A stretch of 64,000 nucleotides of DNA from Guillardia theta CCMP2712 (GCF_000315625.1 NW_005434560.1:128020-192019), one strand, 5' to 3'; positions 17,714-28,247 are shown, numbered from the stretch's first letter. Notes: a model not told the origin generated them from the letters alone. Made by a program: numbers and translations.

Positions 17714-19291
17714 ATGTCGAACTTCTTCGGGAACCTGAACAACCCGCGCATGCCCGAGGTGGTGATGAACCAGGGCCCGCTGCCGCCGCTGAGCACCGAC
17801 AACCTCCCGTACGGCCTGAACGGGACGGCGGATGCGAGGATCAACTACAACAATGCGCTCCTTGGGGACATCAGTCCGTACGTCTACGGGGATTCCGCCC
17901 GCATCACCACCCAGACCTCCTACCTCAACCAGAGCTACCGTATCCAGAAGATCGTGCCTGAGCTGTACCTCCCCCCCATCGGGGACGGGCACGGGCTGGT
18001 GAAGGTGTCGCACGCCGTGGATTACGGGGATATCGCCTGGTCGCTCCGGCTCAGAAACATCTCCGCCACGCTCGGGGTGTTCATGAAGTCGGCCGAGGGC
18101 GTCGGGGACAACGGGACGCACATCACCGCCTTTGTCAATTTTCCCACGGTGAACTACATCCTGGTGGGGTTCCAGAACCTGTGGTTTCGGAGGCGAGCCG
18201 TGCCTGCCGTTCCCGCCACCTCTTCGGACAAGGCTTGGCTCCGCCTGTGGTTCGACCTGTTCAACCTGACGGGGAACCCGGAGGACTTTGGTCAGTTTAT
18301 GAATGGGATCACAACTGTGCAGGATATTTCGGAGAAGCTCATGAAGATCATCACCCCCTTCGGCGTGTCGGTGCAGTCCGAGAAGCAGGGTGGGATGCAC
18401 GAGGTGGGCCTGAGCCCGGTGATGTGGGCGGTCAACCACCTGACGAGCATCAACATCGACGGGATGACGCGGGACATGATCAACTATTGGAGACATATAG
18501 ATGTCAACTCCGGGGATAGGATCTGCTTCCGCCTCATGCCCATCGACCTGAGCGGGGACCAGCGGGCGACCCTGAACCACTTCTACAAGCATATCGTCAA
18601 CCTCGAGTTCACCGTGAGCGAGGGGAGATACGAGATCCTTGTCCCCGATACCTACCCGTACTGCATCCCCGGGGATAAACTTCTAAGGGTGCCGGATGCA
18701 GCCGTGCGGCAGGAGTACAACAGGAGGAAGATGCACTGGTACATCGGCACGACACAGCAGCACTACCCCAAGATGTACGAGGAGTTCAGTGAGATGAAGA
18801 AGTTCATGGACGATACCGCGTTCTTGAAGGGCGCGCTGCTGCAGACCACCATCACGCCGATGCTGGTGAATTCTAGGATACGTCATGTTGCGGATGGGGC
18901 TATCTCCTTCTTTGGCTCCCGCCTCTCTGCGTCTGATCCCCGCAAGCGCGCGCTGGGGGTGACCTGGGCGGACGAGCGGCAGGGCGGGAAGCGCAGGTTC
19001 GCGCTGTCCGGGCCACCGCCTCCCAAGTTCAGTCTCCCGCAGCAGGCTCCCCAACAAGCTCCGCAACAGACCCCGCAACAAACCTTGCAATCCCGGAACG
19101 GCCTCGACATCGACGCCCTGCTGCGGGAGGGTGGGCTTCAGGGATCCGCTGAAGGTGCAGCCCCCGAAGAGCCCAGGAACGTAGTCCCCCAGGCCGTCGC
19201 CACCGGCTCCGCCCTCAAGCCCAAGAAGCAGGTCGCCAAGCCCGTGGGCGGGAAGGAGAAGAGGGATGGGGTAGCGGTGTCCGTGGTTTAG
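17714..19291 (+). CDS. Probable virion protein, candidate triplex-family (beta-tulip) subunit
   Basis: PFGV...TSINIDG...NYW...VNSGDRICF segment parallels the GV...SVxxxG...TGDxxxWYF motif of 45773/46756; disordered C-terminus; GTATAAAA promoter. ORF is solid, function tentative. Confidence 0.5.
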   Translation: MSNFFGNLNNPRMPEVVMNQGPLPPLSTDNLPYGLNGTADARINYNNALLGDISPYVYGDSARITTQTSYLNQSYRIQKIVPELYLPPIGDGHGLVKVSHAVDYGDIAWSLRLRNISATLGVFMKSAEGVGDNGTHITAFVNFPTVNYILVGFQNLWFRRRAVPAVPATSSDKAWLRLWFDLFNLTGNPEDFGQFMNGITTVQDISEKLMKIITPFGVSVQSEKQGGMHEVGLSPVMWAVNHLTSINIDGMTRDMINYWRHIDVNSGDRICFRLMPIDLSGDQRATLNHFYKHIVNLEFTVSEGRYEILVPDTYPYCIPGDKLLRVPDAAVRQEYNRRKMHWYIGTTQQHYPKMYEEFSEMKKFMDDTAFLKGALLQTTITPMLVNSRIRHVADGAISFFGSRLSASDPRKRALGVTWADERQGGKRRFALSGPPPPKFSLPQQAPQQAPQQTPQQTLQSRNGLDIDALLREGGLQGSAEGAAPEEPRNVVPQAVATGSALKPKKQVAKPVGGKEKRDGVAVSVV

Positions 19292-19307
19292 GCATTTATT
19301 AAATGAT

Positions 19308-22300
19308 TTACTGGGGTGCATCGATCAGGTTGGATGACTTTAGGATGAGCTCGTAGGATTCCTTGTTGTAATCACTCTGTCTTGTGTGGTTCAGAAGCTT
19401 ATTGACGGTGGGTGTAAAGGGCCATGGTGCATTGATCCCATCAGGCTTCCATTTGATCATCAGTTCGTTCCATGCCTTCTTCTTCTCCTGCAATCCCTTG
19501 CGGATCTGCTTCCGCATGTCCCGCTCCCGGAAGCTCCCATACATGTCGATGAGGTCGTAGTTGCCATCCGTGGGTGGCTTCCGGCCGATTTCGTAATTGT
19601 CTGGGTTGTAGGTGATGGCGGTGTAGGCCGCGTTGATGAGGTTGGAGCTGTAGAAATTCTGGAATTGCACGACAATGTCCTCTAAACTATTCCCAGGGAG
19701 ATTCTCGATGCAGTACCACGGGAAGTACATATCGGCGGATAGGTGGTCAAAGAAAGACACAGGGGTCCACAGCTCGGTGTGCCTCAGCCGGTGGCTCACG
19801 ATGGTGTACCAAGTGTCGGAGGTCCTTTGCATATAGTAGCTTGATTTTTTGTTTTTGGCCTTTGCAGTTTCGTTTGTTTTCAGCGATTTGATGACATAGG
19901 CCATGTTCAGCGTGAACTTGTGCAGGGCGCGGATGTATCGGAACACCCAGCGGTGCAGCACTCCGTCCCAGTTGGACTCTTCGATACTGACCTCTGGGGT
20001 GTTGTCGCCGAATAGCTCTGTCTTGTGATTGTTCTTCATATTCTCGATGGACTTCTTCAAGATTTCAGCGAAGACCTTGCCGCTCACAACGATGGTTGCA
20101 CTCCCTGAACTGTATTTGACAACCTGCATGTTCCGCGCGACCCTGCTCCGCGTGACGTATAGCTGATTGTATGCTAACTTGGGTAGGACTTGCTTCAAGC
20201 GGTACTTCACGACGCTGTCGCGGTCGAGGTGGATGTGCAGGATACGGGTGAAGTCTTCCTTAGGGAGGGTATGAAGAATTCCTATGATGTGTACCTTCCA
20301 GGGTGTGGCGCTGCTGACCGACGTGGTGGAGGAGGGGTGGCTGTGGGCGGGGCTTGGAGATCGGGGGCGCTTGTTGGAAGCTTCAGGATCTTCATATAGA
20401 AGCCCTCCGCGATTGTGACCCCCTCTGGTATGGGGTGGGTTCCATACTTTTTCGTGGTCAATCTCTTGATCGCGGGACGGCTTGGGAGAGTTAGAAGCTT
20501 CCTCCTTTCTCACAAATCCGGGGAGTACACCCGGAGAGTGCTTTCTGACGTTGGAAGCTTTAGAATCTTCATCTGTGTTCTTCCCTCCAATCCCTCTTTG
20601 ATCGTGGGCCTTTCTGACACCGGGGTCGTTATCCATCTGCGTATGGTGTCTGTTATCGGGTTCCATGTCAGGCTCTTCCGGTTCCATGTCAGGCTCACTT
20701 TCGTTGTCTTTCTCGCTTGCATTGTCTTCCATCCCATCTCCATCTGCACCAAGTTTGGCGTGCATGGGAGTGGGAGAGGAAGGGGAATATGTGGGAGAAG
20801 GAGGGGAATATGTGGGAGAAGGAGGGGAATATGTGGGAGAAGGAGGGGAATATGTGGGAGAAGGAGGGGAATATGTGGGAGAGTGAGGAGATAAATCAAT
20901 AGACTGAATCCTTCCCTTCTGATACGCCAGTTCCATGTTGTACAGAGCATTCGTGTATAAACTGAGCATTGCCCTCAAATTAATAAATGAATCGACATCA
21001 TTCATTTTCAGTTGACTGGCATTGATCTCTATCGTTGACATCTGTAAGAGAATGCCATTTGTTATATCCTTCAGGTATGCGTATTTTTTAAGTTCAGAAT
21101 CAATATCCTTGTAAATTCGCCATGTTTCCTTCAACTGAGAAACGAGTGAATTCAGAATATTGTTGGGTGGTACGATTGCTGTCCCTAATGCTGTCTTGTA
21201 TGTAAATTGGTAATCCATGGTAAATATTTCATTGAGTTTATCGATAATCTTCTTCTTGGTATCTTCCCAATGATTTTTCATCACAGTTTCCATATGATCT
21301 GTTGAGACTTGTTGCTTTTTAGCAACATCTTTGATGATGCCAAGTGAATTTTCCCGTAACGTTCCGTCCAGCCTTGGGTACTTAGTGATTCCTGACATCG
21401 GTGTCAGCTTGTCGATCACTTCCGTCAATGGGGCGTTGGTGAGGGTGACGTAGAAGTCATCCCAGGAGCGCATGGACCATGTCAGCATGGGCTTGTCGTT
21501 CTCCGCCGCGCCAGGCAGCCTGGCTATCTCCAGGTCGGCGGCTTTGTCGTCCTCACCGGCCAGGATGACCTGGATCATGTGCTCGAAGTTCGTCACGATG
21601 TTCATGAGGTTGGTGGTATCCATGTTTGTCGTTTGTACGGTCATGCGCGTGAAGGGGTTCAGGAATGTCTGGTTGTGGAGGATGAAGGAAAGTATCGCCT
21701 CCTGCTGTAGTGTTATCCTTAGTTTCTTGCGGTAGTCGTAGTAGATACCCTTGATGATCTCGACGAATGAGTTGATGACGTAGGGCATGAGGCGGACGAT
21801 TTTGAGCGGATCGTCTTCCTTGATCAGCCTTCTTGTATTGATGTACAGGCTGGTTGTCAGCTTCTTCACCTTGGGGTTGAGGTGCAGGGAACATTCCTTG
21901 AATTGTTTCGCGCTGTGCTGGTAGTTGACGCTCTGGATGACGAGGATCTTAAGCACGCGCTGCATGACGACGGATATGACCATCTTGCAGCCCATGATGT
22001 ACTTCACGATGGCTTGCTTGGCTGTTTCGTTCTGTTTACCCACCGCGAAATTGTACAGTTCAATCAGCGTGCTTTTGGGACTTGTGTCCCTGTACCGTGT
22101 GGTGTTGGATACTTCCGTGATTTTCGACATAAACTTTTTCCGGTTTTCAATGACGCGATCGATGCCATGTTTCTCTATATTATGCAGGTTAGTGGTGGAC
22201 TGGTCCAGGGATATCTTGAGTTGAAGTAACAACCCATTCAGTCTGGACACAGCACTCCTGTATCTCATAATTTCACTGTTGTACCTCCGTCTTGGCTGCA

Positions 22301-25300
22301 AGTCCTTGTTTTTTCTGTTCCTTCTTCTTTTTGCGTTGTTAGTGACTGCAACAGGCATGCCAATAAACATGGCGGAGACACCCTTTTGATCGTCACACTC
22401 GTCTTCGCTGTCGCTGTCGCTCTCCCCCATCTCCGCGGCGTAGCCCCACGCATCGCCGAGGAGGATACCGTTCGGGTCTTCAATATCCCTGTGGATATCG
22501 CGGGAGAAGATGCATTCGAGCCTTGGTTTTTTGCTGGACCGGCTGGAATCCTGGTCCGTCCTTTTGTTCTTGTCCGACATCAATGGGATTGTGCGTTGAA
22601 AGGGATTTTTCTGCTGTATTGGGTTGTGTCTATGCTGTATAATTTTCTCTATGAGTTTCGTTTCCTTGTTGAGCTCCTGCTTGAGCTTTTCCCTGTCGTT
22701 CTCATTGATCTCATTTGAGCTCAATGCGCTCCAATCTTTCTTGTTCAATGCACTAACAACCTTCGTCATCAATTTTAATTTTTCCAGTACATTTCTGTGA
22801 TTTTTTTGGAGTTCCTGCTTGGAAGATTGGTATGATTTTATGTTTTCCTTGATTATGTTTTCGTTGATAACCCTGTTATCCATCTGGGTGAATGTTTCAA
22901 TGTTCCTGTCGATCCATTTTCCGAATTGGTACAGAACCATCAACTTCGTAAATTCATATATGGTCTGTATGGTGGATTTTATGTCGTCTATGTACCCAGG
23001 TGCCCTTACAAGTACGTTCATTATGTCGTTGTTCTGTTCTGCATTAACATTGAATTCGTGTACACTGAGCCATGTTTTGACAGTGGGTAGCTCGAGGTGG
23101 AGGTAGTCCTTTAGCTGTTCCATCTGCTTGAACGTGAAGGAATCCGGCTCGACCGTTGTCTTAATGTCATTCATCATGTATTCGTTGGGTTCCAATCGGT
23201 ATTCACCATAGCCTCTCTGATATTCCAAAGGAACTTCTATCGATGATTGACCCAGCAGAGCATCGATCATACCCAGCATGTAGCGTTGGAAGACTTTCTT
23301 GGAGTTGGCGTCCTGATCGTTGTTCTTGATGCTGGGCATGAGGATGACATTGAGCGCCTTGATGGTGTTTATCCTGGCTGCTAGAATGAGGGGCAATGCC
23401 TCTTTGAAGAGTTTAACAGCCTCGCTGTTGCGTATGATCATACCGTAGTCATCGGTAGGTTTTGCATTGTTAACCTTGGTATTCCAGACATCTTTGTGTG
23501 CGTCTAGTTGCATCTGTTGTTTCATGATTCTTTTCACGTTGATTGCGTTGAGCAGGTTCGAACCGAAGCGCTTCATGTGCCCTGGCTGTACATCCGCCAT
23601 GTAAGGCTTCATGTCATACAGCTCCTGTTTGATCTCCCTTATGTTGACTCGATATGGATCGATGTCGAGGGATGATGAAGTCATCGTGGCCTTCATCCAC
23701 ATGTTATAGACCTTGTGGGTGTATCTCTTGCAAAATCGTAGCCTTTCCACGTTGCCCGCGTAGGCTCCGTGGACTTGTTTGAGGATCTTCTTCACCCGGC
23801 GGTCGTTCCTGGATTGGATGTCAAGTTTGATATCTTTGATGTCTGTAGTGTCGGCGTACTTTTGCTTTCCCTTTATCATCGCGGCGAACATGTATTGTGG
23901 TGTTATGTTGAAATCTTCTTTGTTGTTTTTCTGGAATTCCCCTTGATTCCAGGGTTCTTTGCTCTTCATGCGTTGTATATCTCTCTGTATCTCTTTGTCT
24001 GCATTCGTGTCCAGATCTTTGATGTATTGGTTGTATGTGGATTGGTGCATGTTCAGGGCTTGTTTGAGCTCGGCTTCATCCTTTGGAATAGCGCCGATAG
24101 GATTTCCGCGGACGATGTCCTCGAGTATGCTGTAGTCTATCTTGTCATTGAATCCTTCTACAAAGACATGGTCTATCTTCGCCCATTGGAGCATATACCG
24201 GATAGACGTTATGACCTTGATGGTTGCAATATGTTCTGAGTTGTCTTCTATGAATTGTTTGAAATCGTCGCTTGCATCCATGCTCTTGTCTATCTCATCC
24301 ATTTCATCTAAGGTGTTTTTCAATACATCTATCTCATGTCTGTTTTTTTCATAATCATGCCTGAGATACATCCGCTTATAATAAATGTTGTGAGAGTTTA
24401 TCTGCTCTTCCGTTAAGATTTCACGTGCAATATGATGTAGATCACCCTGTGGTTTTTCCCATATAGGGAGTTTAAAATGTTTCATGACACTTTCCTTTCG
24501 TTCTTCGTCCTTGTACTCGGATTTCATCAATTTGATGAATTCGTCTCGACCATTCTTGTTGGCAAATAAGATAAGTGATACGTATCTCATGACATTGTAT
24601 GTATCCTTTAGTTCATTACGTGCCGTATTGATGTTTTTTTGGTATTCATCTCGGTCGGTCACCTTCCCTTTTTCTAGATTATTGACATGGCGTAGTAGGT
24701 ATGACATTCTTCTGATGACAAAATTTAGTTTTCGTGTCATACTCAGAAATTCACTGTAATATATGTTTTTGAATTTTCCTCCAAGAGGTTTGGTATAACG
24801 ACGTTTCAGAGTATCACATTTTTCCATGAGTTTGTCGATTTCATGGTTGATTTGAAAGCTTTTGAGTGATGTCATCGCATCCTTGATATAATTCGGTAAT
24901 ATCTGGTAATCCTTGAGCCTCTTGATGAATATCGGTGTGTTATCCTTCTTTTTCTTCTCGGCCACGTCCTTCCAATTGCCGGCCGCCCCCTCCCCCGGCG
25001 CACCGATCTCGGGGCTGAATTCATGCCCACTCTCTGACATCTCCTCGTGATCGCTGCCTGGCTCATCGTCGCTGCTGTAGTCATACCTGGGTGTGACATG
25101 CATGGAGCCATCACCGAGGTCATCGTTGTAGAACTCCCTCTCGTCGTCGTAGTATGCCTCGTCCCACAGCCCGTCGTCCTGGATCCCCGCGGCGCGGAGG
25201 ACGCTGGGGGGGAAGCGGAGGACGCCGTCGTCGCGGTCTGCGAGCTCGCTCCACTCGGCGAGCTGCTCGAGGGACTCGTGGAGGAGGTCCATGGTCTCCT

Positions 25301-25454
25301 GCTCGATCTCTTCTTTGGACGGTGTCGGCGTTTCATGGGAATGGCAGTCGTTGTTGGGAATAGAAGCCGAGTGGAACACCACCTGGACTCCATCGTAATC
25401 GATGGCTTCTTCGGGGTGAGATCCAGACGGCAGGTGGTTTACTGCGCCGTGCAT
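19308..25454 (-). CDS. 2048-aa helical protein with RNA Pol II CTD-like heptads
   Basis: Uninterrupted ORF; GTATAAAAG at ~25479-25487; (YSPPSPT)x4 plus YSPSSPT; no RNA polymerase catalytic motifs seen. Confidence 0.85.
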   Translation of the reverse strand: MHGAVNHLPSGSHPEEAIDYDGVQVVFHSASIPNNDCHSHETPTPSKEEIEQETMDLLHESLEQLAEWSELADRDDGVLRFPPSVLRAAGIQDDGLWDEAYYDDEREFYNDDLGDGSMHVTPRYDYSSDDEPGSDHEEMSESGHEFSPEIGAPGEGAAGNWKDVAEKKKKDNTPIFIKRLKDYQILPNYIKDAMTSLKSFQINHEIDKLMEKCDTLKRRYTKPLGGKFKNIYYSEFLSMTRKLNFVIRRMSYLLRHVNNLEKGKVTDRDEYQKNINTARNELKDTYNVMRYVSLILFANKNGRDEFIKLMKSEYKDEERKESVMKHFKLPIWEKPQGDLHHIAREILTEEQINSHNIYYKRMYLRHDYEKNRHEIDVLKNTLDEMDEIDKSMDASDDFKQFIEDNSEHIATIKVITSIRYMLQWAKIDHVFVEGFNDKIDYSILEDIVRGNPIGAIPKDEAELKQALNMHQSTYNQYIKDLDTNADKEIQRDIQRMKSKEPWNQGEFQKNNKEDFNITPQYMFAAMIKGKQKYADTTDIKDIKLDIQSRNDRRVKKILKQVHGAYAGNVERLRFCKRYTHKVYNMWMKATMTSSSLDIDPYRVNIREIKQELYDMKPYMADVQPGHMKRFGSNLLNAINVKRIMKQQMQLDAHKDVWNTKVNNAKPTDDYGMIIRNSEAVKLFKEALPLILAARINTIKALNVILMPSIKNNDQDANSKKVFQRYMLGMIDALLGQSSIEVPLEYQRGYGEYRLEPNEYMMNDIKTTVEPDSFTFKQMEQLKDYLHLELPTVKTWLSVHEFNVNAEQNNDIMNVLVRAPGYIDDIKSTIQTIYEFTKLMVLYQFGKWIDRNIETFTQMDNRVINENIIKENIKSYQSSKQELQKNHRNVLEKLKLMTKVVSALNKKDWSALSSNEINENDREKLKQELNKETKLIEKIIQHRHNPIQQKNPFQRTIPLMSDKNKRTDQDSSRSSKKPRLECIFSRDIHRDIEDPNGILLGDAWGYAAEMGESDSDSEDECDDQKGVSAMFIGMPVAVTNNAKRRRNRKNKDLQPRRRYNSEIMRYRSAVSRLNGLLLQLKISLDQSTTNLHNIEKHGIDRVIENRKKFMSKITEVSNTTRYRDTSPKSTLIELYNFAVGKQNETAKQAIVKYIMGCKMVISVVMQRVLKILVIQSVNYQHSAKQFKECSLHLNPKVKKLTTSLYINTRRLIKEDDPLKIVRLMPYVINSFVEIIKGIYYDYRKKLRITLQQEAILSFILHNQTFLNPFTRMTVQTTNMDTTNLMNIVTNFEHMIQVILAGEDDKAADLEIARLPGAAENDKPMLTWSMRSWDDFYVTLTNAPLTEVIDKLTPMSGITKYPRLDGTLRENSLGIIKDVAKKQQVSTDHMETVMKNHWEDTKKKIIDKLNEIFTMDYQFTYKTALGTAIVPPNNILNSLVSQLKETWRIYKDIDSELKKYAYLKDITNGILLQMSTIEINASQLKMNDVDSFINLRAMLSLYTNALYNMELAYQKGRIQSIDLSPHSPTYSPPSPTYSPPSPTYSPPSPTYSPPSPTYSPSSPTPMHAKLGADGDGMEDNASEKDNESEPDMEPEEPDMEPDNRHHTQMDNDPGVRKAHDQRGIGGKNTDEDSKASNVRKHSPGVLPGFVRKEEASNSPKPSRDQEIDHEKVWNPPHTRGGHNRGGLLYEDPEASNKRPRSPSPAHSHPSSTTSVSSATPWKVHIIGILHTLPKEDFTRILHIHLDRDSVVKYRLKQVLPKLAYNQLYVTRSRVARNMQVVKYSSGSATIVVSGKVFAEILKKSIENMKNNHKTELFGDNTPEVSIEESNWDGVLHRWVFRYIRALHKFTLNMAYVIKSLKTNETAKAKNKKSSYYMQRTSDTWYTIVSHRLRHTELWTPVSFFDHLSADMYFPWYCIENLPGNSLEDIVVQFQNFYSSNLINAAYTAITYNPDNYEIGRKPPTDGNYDLIDMYGSFRERDMRKQIRKGLQEKKKAWNELMIKWKPDGINAPWPFTPTVNKLLNHTRQSDYNKESYELILKSSNLIDAPQ
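20769..20894 (-). repeat. 21-bp tandem repeat encoding CTD-like heptads (6 units)
   Basis: TGTGGGAGAAGGAGGGGAATA units on the + strand. Confidence 0.95.
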
Positions 25455-25596
25455 CCTGCCGTACGGGCGTCGCGGTCTCTTTTATACGGGGGAACCGTGC
25501 GGATAACCGTGTATTTAAGTTCGTGTGGCGGAGGGACAGATACGCTGGTCTGGCTGGATTCCTTGAAATTCATTGCTTGCCAGATACACGGGCGGG

Positions 25597-26412
25597 ATGT
25601 CGCTGTCGAAGTTTCAAGAACAGTCAAACTATGCTGTTGCATTCCACTTATGCAGGAACATGGCTGATGTGAGGAAGGACATGAAGAAAATTCAAGGGTT
25701 TAATTATCAGGCTCCCTATGAATTCATGAATTATCATCTCAAATATGCAATTCCCTCGGATAAGTACAAGTGTGCCATGCAGTATGGCAATTACCTGATG
25801 TTGAAATCCGCTGAGTTGCTGATGGGTTTGAAGGATAAGTTCCAGAAACCCCTCGATGGTAACAGAAAAGTAGGGATAGATGAAAAACACAACTTCATTT
25901 TTTCGGATCCTTGTACGGTCATACAAGCCATGAAGTTGCATAATGGACACTACTACGAAAACTTTTCTCTCCCCAAGGATCTCATGGAGGACCTAGAGAA
26001 TCCAAGCCTGGAGCCCCCTTTCCTTGTGGTGCATAATTATGAGGTGCACTGGTTCCCTGCCTCCAAGATCACCCCGGGCAAGAATGGGATGGGGTGGTAC
26101 GTCGACTCCGTCGTTCGCACCGTCGACGATCAAATGAGGCCGGTTCAGTTCTTCGCGGCATACTCCAGTGAGGAGAGGAATGAGTACAGCCGCGTCCTGT
26201 ACGACAACTGCGAATTCGGGCCCTCGAACTGCAATATCGACATTCCGTTCAAGAAGTTCGAGTACAGCCAGGAGAGCCTCGACGCCATGAAGCAGTTTCC
26301 ACACCCTCCGATGTTGAACGCGAACGAGTTGCCAGATTCGCCGTTGGAGGCAAGCTCGGAGGAGGAGTGGAAGCCCCCTGCGAAGGTGTCCAGGACGAGC
26401 GCGAGGAAGTAG
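25597..26412 (+). CDS. Hypothetical protein
   Basis: ORF of ~271 aa; TATTTAA at 25512-25518. Confidence 0.65.
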   Translation: MSLSKFQEQSNYAVAFHLCRNMADVRKDMKKIQGFNYQAPYEFMNYHLKYAIPSDKYKCAMQYGNYLMLKSAELLMGLKDKFQKPLDGNRKVGIDEKHNFIFSDPCTVIQAMKLHNGHYYENFSLPKDLMEDLENPSLEPPFLVVHNYEVHWFPASKITPGKNGMGWYVDSVVRTVDDQMRPVQFFAAYSSEERNEYSRVLYDNCEFGPSNCNIDIPFKKFEYSQESLDAMKQFPHPPMLNANELPDSPLEASSEEEWKPPAKVSRTSARK

Positions 26413-26480
26413 ATGCCAGGAGGGTAGGCGTCCCGTGTGTGTGTTTGGTACTAAATCACGTTTAATTTACTTCATATGTA

Positions 26481-27068
26481 CTACTCCTCCGAGACGCTCT
26501 CCATGAGCCATGCGACCTCTGTCTTGGTTCTTTCGGCGTAGGAGAGGAAATGGTCATCCTTGTCGATGTTGTACTTGCGGATGTAGTGGAAGTACTTGTC
26601 GGAATCTCGGTCATAGTAGCCGTCGGCCACGAAAACGACCCCGTGATTGATGAACAGGGGTGCGTGCTCGTAGTGGGTCTGGCGAACATAATAGGGGTAC
26701 CAATGCACCGCCTTGACCGCCATGCTGTGGAAACACTCGATCACGTCTTCAGTGGGGACGGTGATCCTGTCCACGGCCTTTGCCTTCTCGAGCGCGCCTT
26801 CGAGCTGCTTGATGGCAGAGGCGATAGTGTCCTTCTTCTCTTTGGAGGTCGTGGTGGTGAGTTTTTCCTTCAACTCGGCGAGCTTCGGGGGTGCGAAGGT
26901 CTCGAACCTCTCGTTGCAGATGGTGACGGTGCGGATAGTGACAGTATCCAATTCTTCATCCCTGACTTTGAAGGATAGCGTCACCTTGGCCGGGTGGGCT
27001 TCAAACCTCGGGCGTTTGCGTGCGCGCTCTTCAGCGTTGCTTTGCAACCTGTAGATCTCGGTGAACAT
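26481..27068 (-). CDS. Hypothetical nuclear protein (RKRPR NLS-like)
   Basis: TATTTAAA at ~27100-27107 upstream of MFTEIY. Confidence 0.65.
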   Translation of the reverse strand: MFTEIYRLQSNAEERARKRPRFEAHPAKVTLSFKVRDEELDTVTIRTVTICNERFETFAPPKLAELKEKLTTTTSKEKKDTIASAIKQLEGALEKAKAVDRITVPTEDVIECFHSMAVKAVHWYPYYVRQTHYEHAPLFINHGVVFVADGYYDRDSDKYFHYIRKYNIDKDDHFLSYAERTKTEVAWLMESVSEE

Positions 27069-27243
27069 GCCACGCGTGCCCTGTGCTTTTTGGTGTAGCT
27101 TTAAATAAAACATCGAGGGGGGAATAAAAAAACACAAAAAAAAACTTCCATGACGCCGAAATCCATCTCTCCGCGCTTTCGAACGTATTAAACCCGGCGA
27201 TGGCGCCGCCCTCCTCGGACTGGTTACTGACGCTTTCCCGCAG

Positions 27244-27801
27244 ATTGGGACGACCAAGGGCACCGGCGGGGATGTGCTGATCCTGGAGGAGGCGGCATAC
27301 TGCGACGAAGGTTTCTTCTACGAAACCGTCGCACCCATCCTTTCCATCGGCAACACGTCGCTGCTGTGTATATCTACCTTGACATCGGAGATCAATTTCT
27401 ACACCAGGCTGATAAAGATGCGGGACCCGGAGACGGGCAGGCCACTCTTCGCCGTCAGGTGCATCGAGCTCGCCTGCCAGGCATGCAAGGAAGACGGCAA
27501 GGCGCACGAGTGTGTGCACCTCCTGCATCTCGTCCCGCAGTGGCAGAGTGGCGAGAGGCACAGGAGGCTGAAGGTGATGATGCAGGATCGCCCGGATCTG
27601 ATACAATCCGAGCTGGCGGGGCTGGCGTTCGACTCCCTGCAGCAGGCCTTCCGCCCCAAAGACGTGGAGATCATGTTCGAGCAGGTCGCCCCTCCCCTCT
27701 CCAACGGACAGACCGTCTTCGTCGTCGTGGACCCGGCGGCGGGAGGGCCGCAGAGCGACTACGCCGTCGTGAGCATCGTGAGGAGCAAGGGGCTTGTGAC
27801 G
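27244..27801 (+). CDS. Terminase large subunit exon (Walker B, coupling motif, start of nuclease domain)
   Basis: IGTTKGTGGDVLILEEAAY (Walker B), CISTL, VVVDPAAGG. Preceded by branch point ACTGAC (27226-31) and CAG acceptor (27241-43); ends at GTAACT donor, phase 0. Confidence 0.85.
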
Positions 27802-28247
27802 GTAACTCTCTGTGTGTTTGCACCCTTCTTCCCCTCTAGCTGTATTGGTAGACCTCCCGCAGCTCCCGCTCGAAGTCGACGCTGAGGCGGAGCTCGTCGC
27901 GGAGGAAGCGGGGCACGACGCGGGAGCCGAGCTCGCGGAAGAGCACGGGGGCCTTGTGGGGGCAGAGGCCCTTGAGCGTGACCCCGGTGGGTTCGTGGAG
28001 GAAGGAGCGGCAGACCGCCTCTTTTAGCCCCATGTCCACGTTGAGCAAGAGGAAGAAGACGCACCTCGCGCTGTGCGGCGACCGCCTCGCGATCTCGTAG
28101 AGCCGGACCGCCTCCGTGTCCCGCAGCTCCGCGGCGATCCTCTCCACCGCCCCCTTGCAGAACTCGAGCGTGGTCCTCATGTCGTCTGTGTAGAGGATGT
28201 GGAAGAGGACGTCCCTGTTTCTGAGCTCTGACATCTACCCTTCGCAG
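27802..28247 (+). other. Spliceosomal intron (446 nt) of terminase containing an antisense gene
   Basis: GTAACT...CTGAC(28228-32)...TTCGCAG; removal keeps the frame. Confidence 0.8.
27836..28234 (-). CDS. Intron-nested antisense gene (132 aa), unknown function
   Basis: Fills the intron almost exactly; strong GC3 codon bias. Confidence 0.65.
   Translation of the reverse strand: MSELRNRDVLFHILYTDDMRTTLEFCKGAVERIAAELRDTEAVRLYEIARRSPHSARCVFFLLLNVDMGLKEAVCRSFLHEPTGVTLKGLCPHKAPVLFRELGSRVVPRFLRDELRLSVDFERELREVYQYS

Noticed and set aside
19308-25454. RPB1 call based on the heptads
   Set aside because: No NADFDGD or other polymerase motif; the heptads are internal.
27150-27243. Local cis exon (ATG 27150, GT 27185) for terminase
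   Set aside because: The 35-nt exon is out of phase with the acceptor and encodes no Walker A.
27836-28234. Homing endonuclease call for the nested ORF
   Set aside because: No recognisable LAGLIDADG, GIY-YIG, HNH or PD-(D/E)XK motif; left as unknown.
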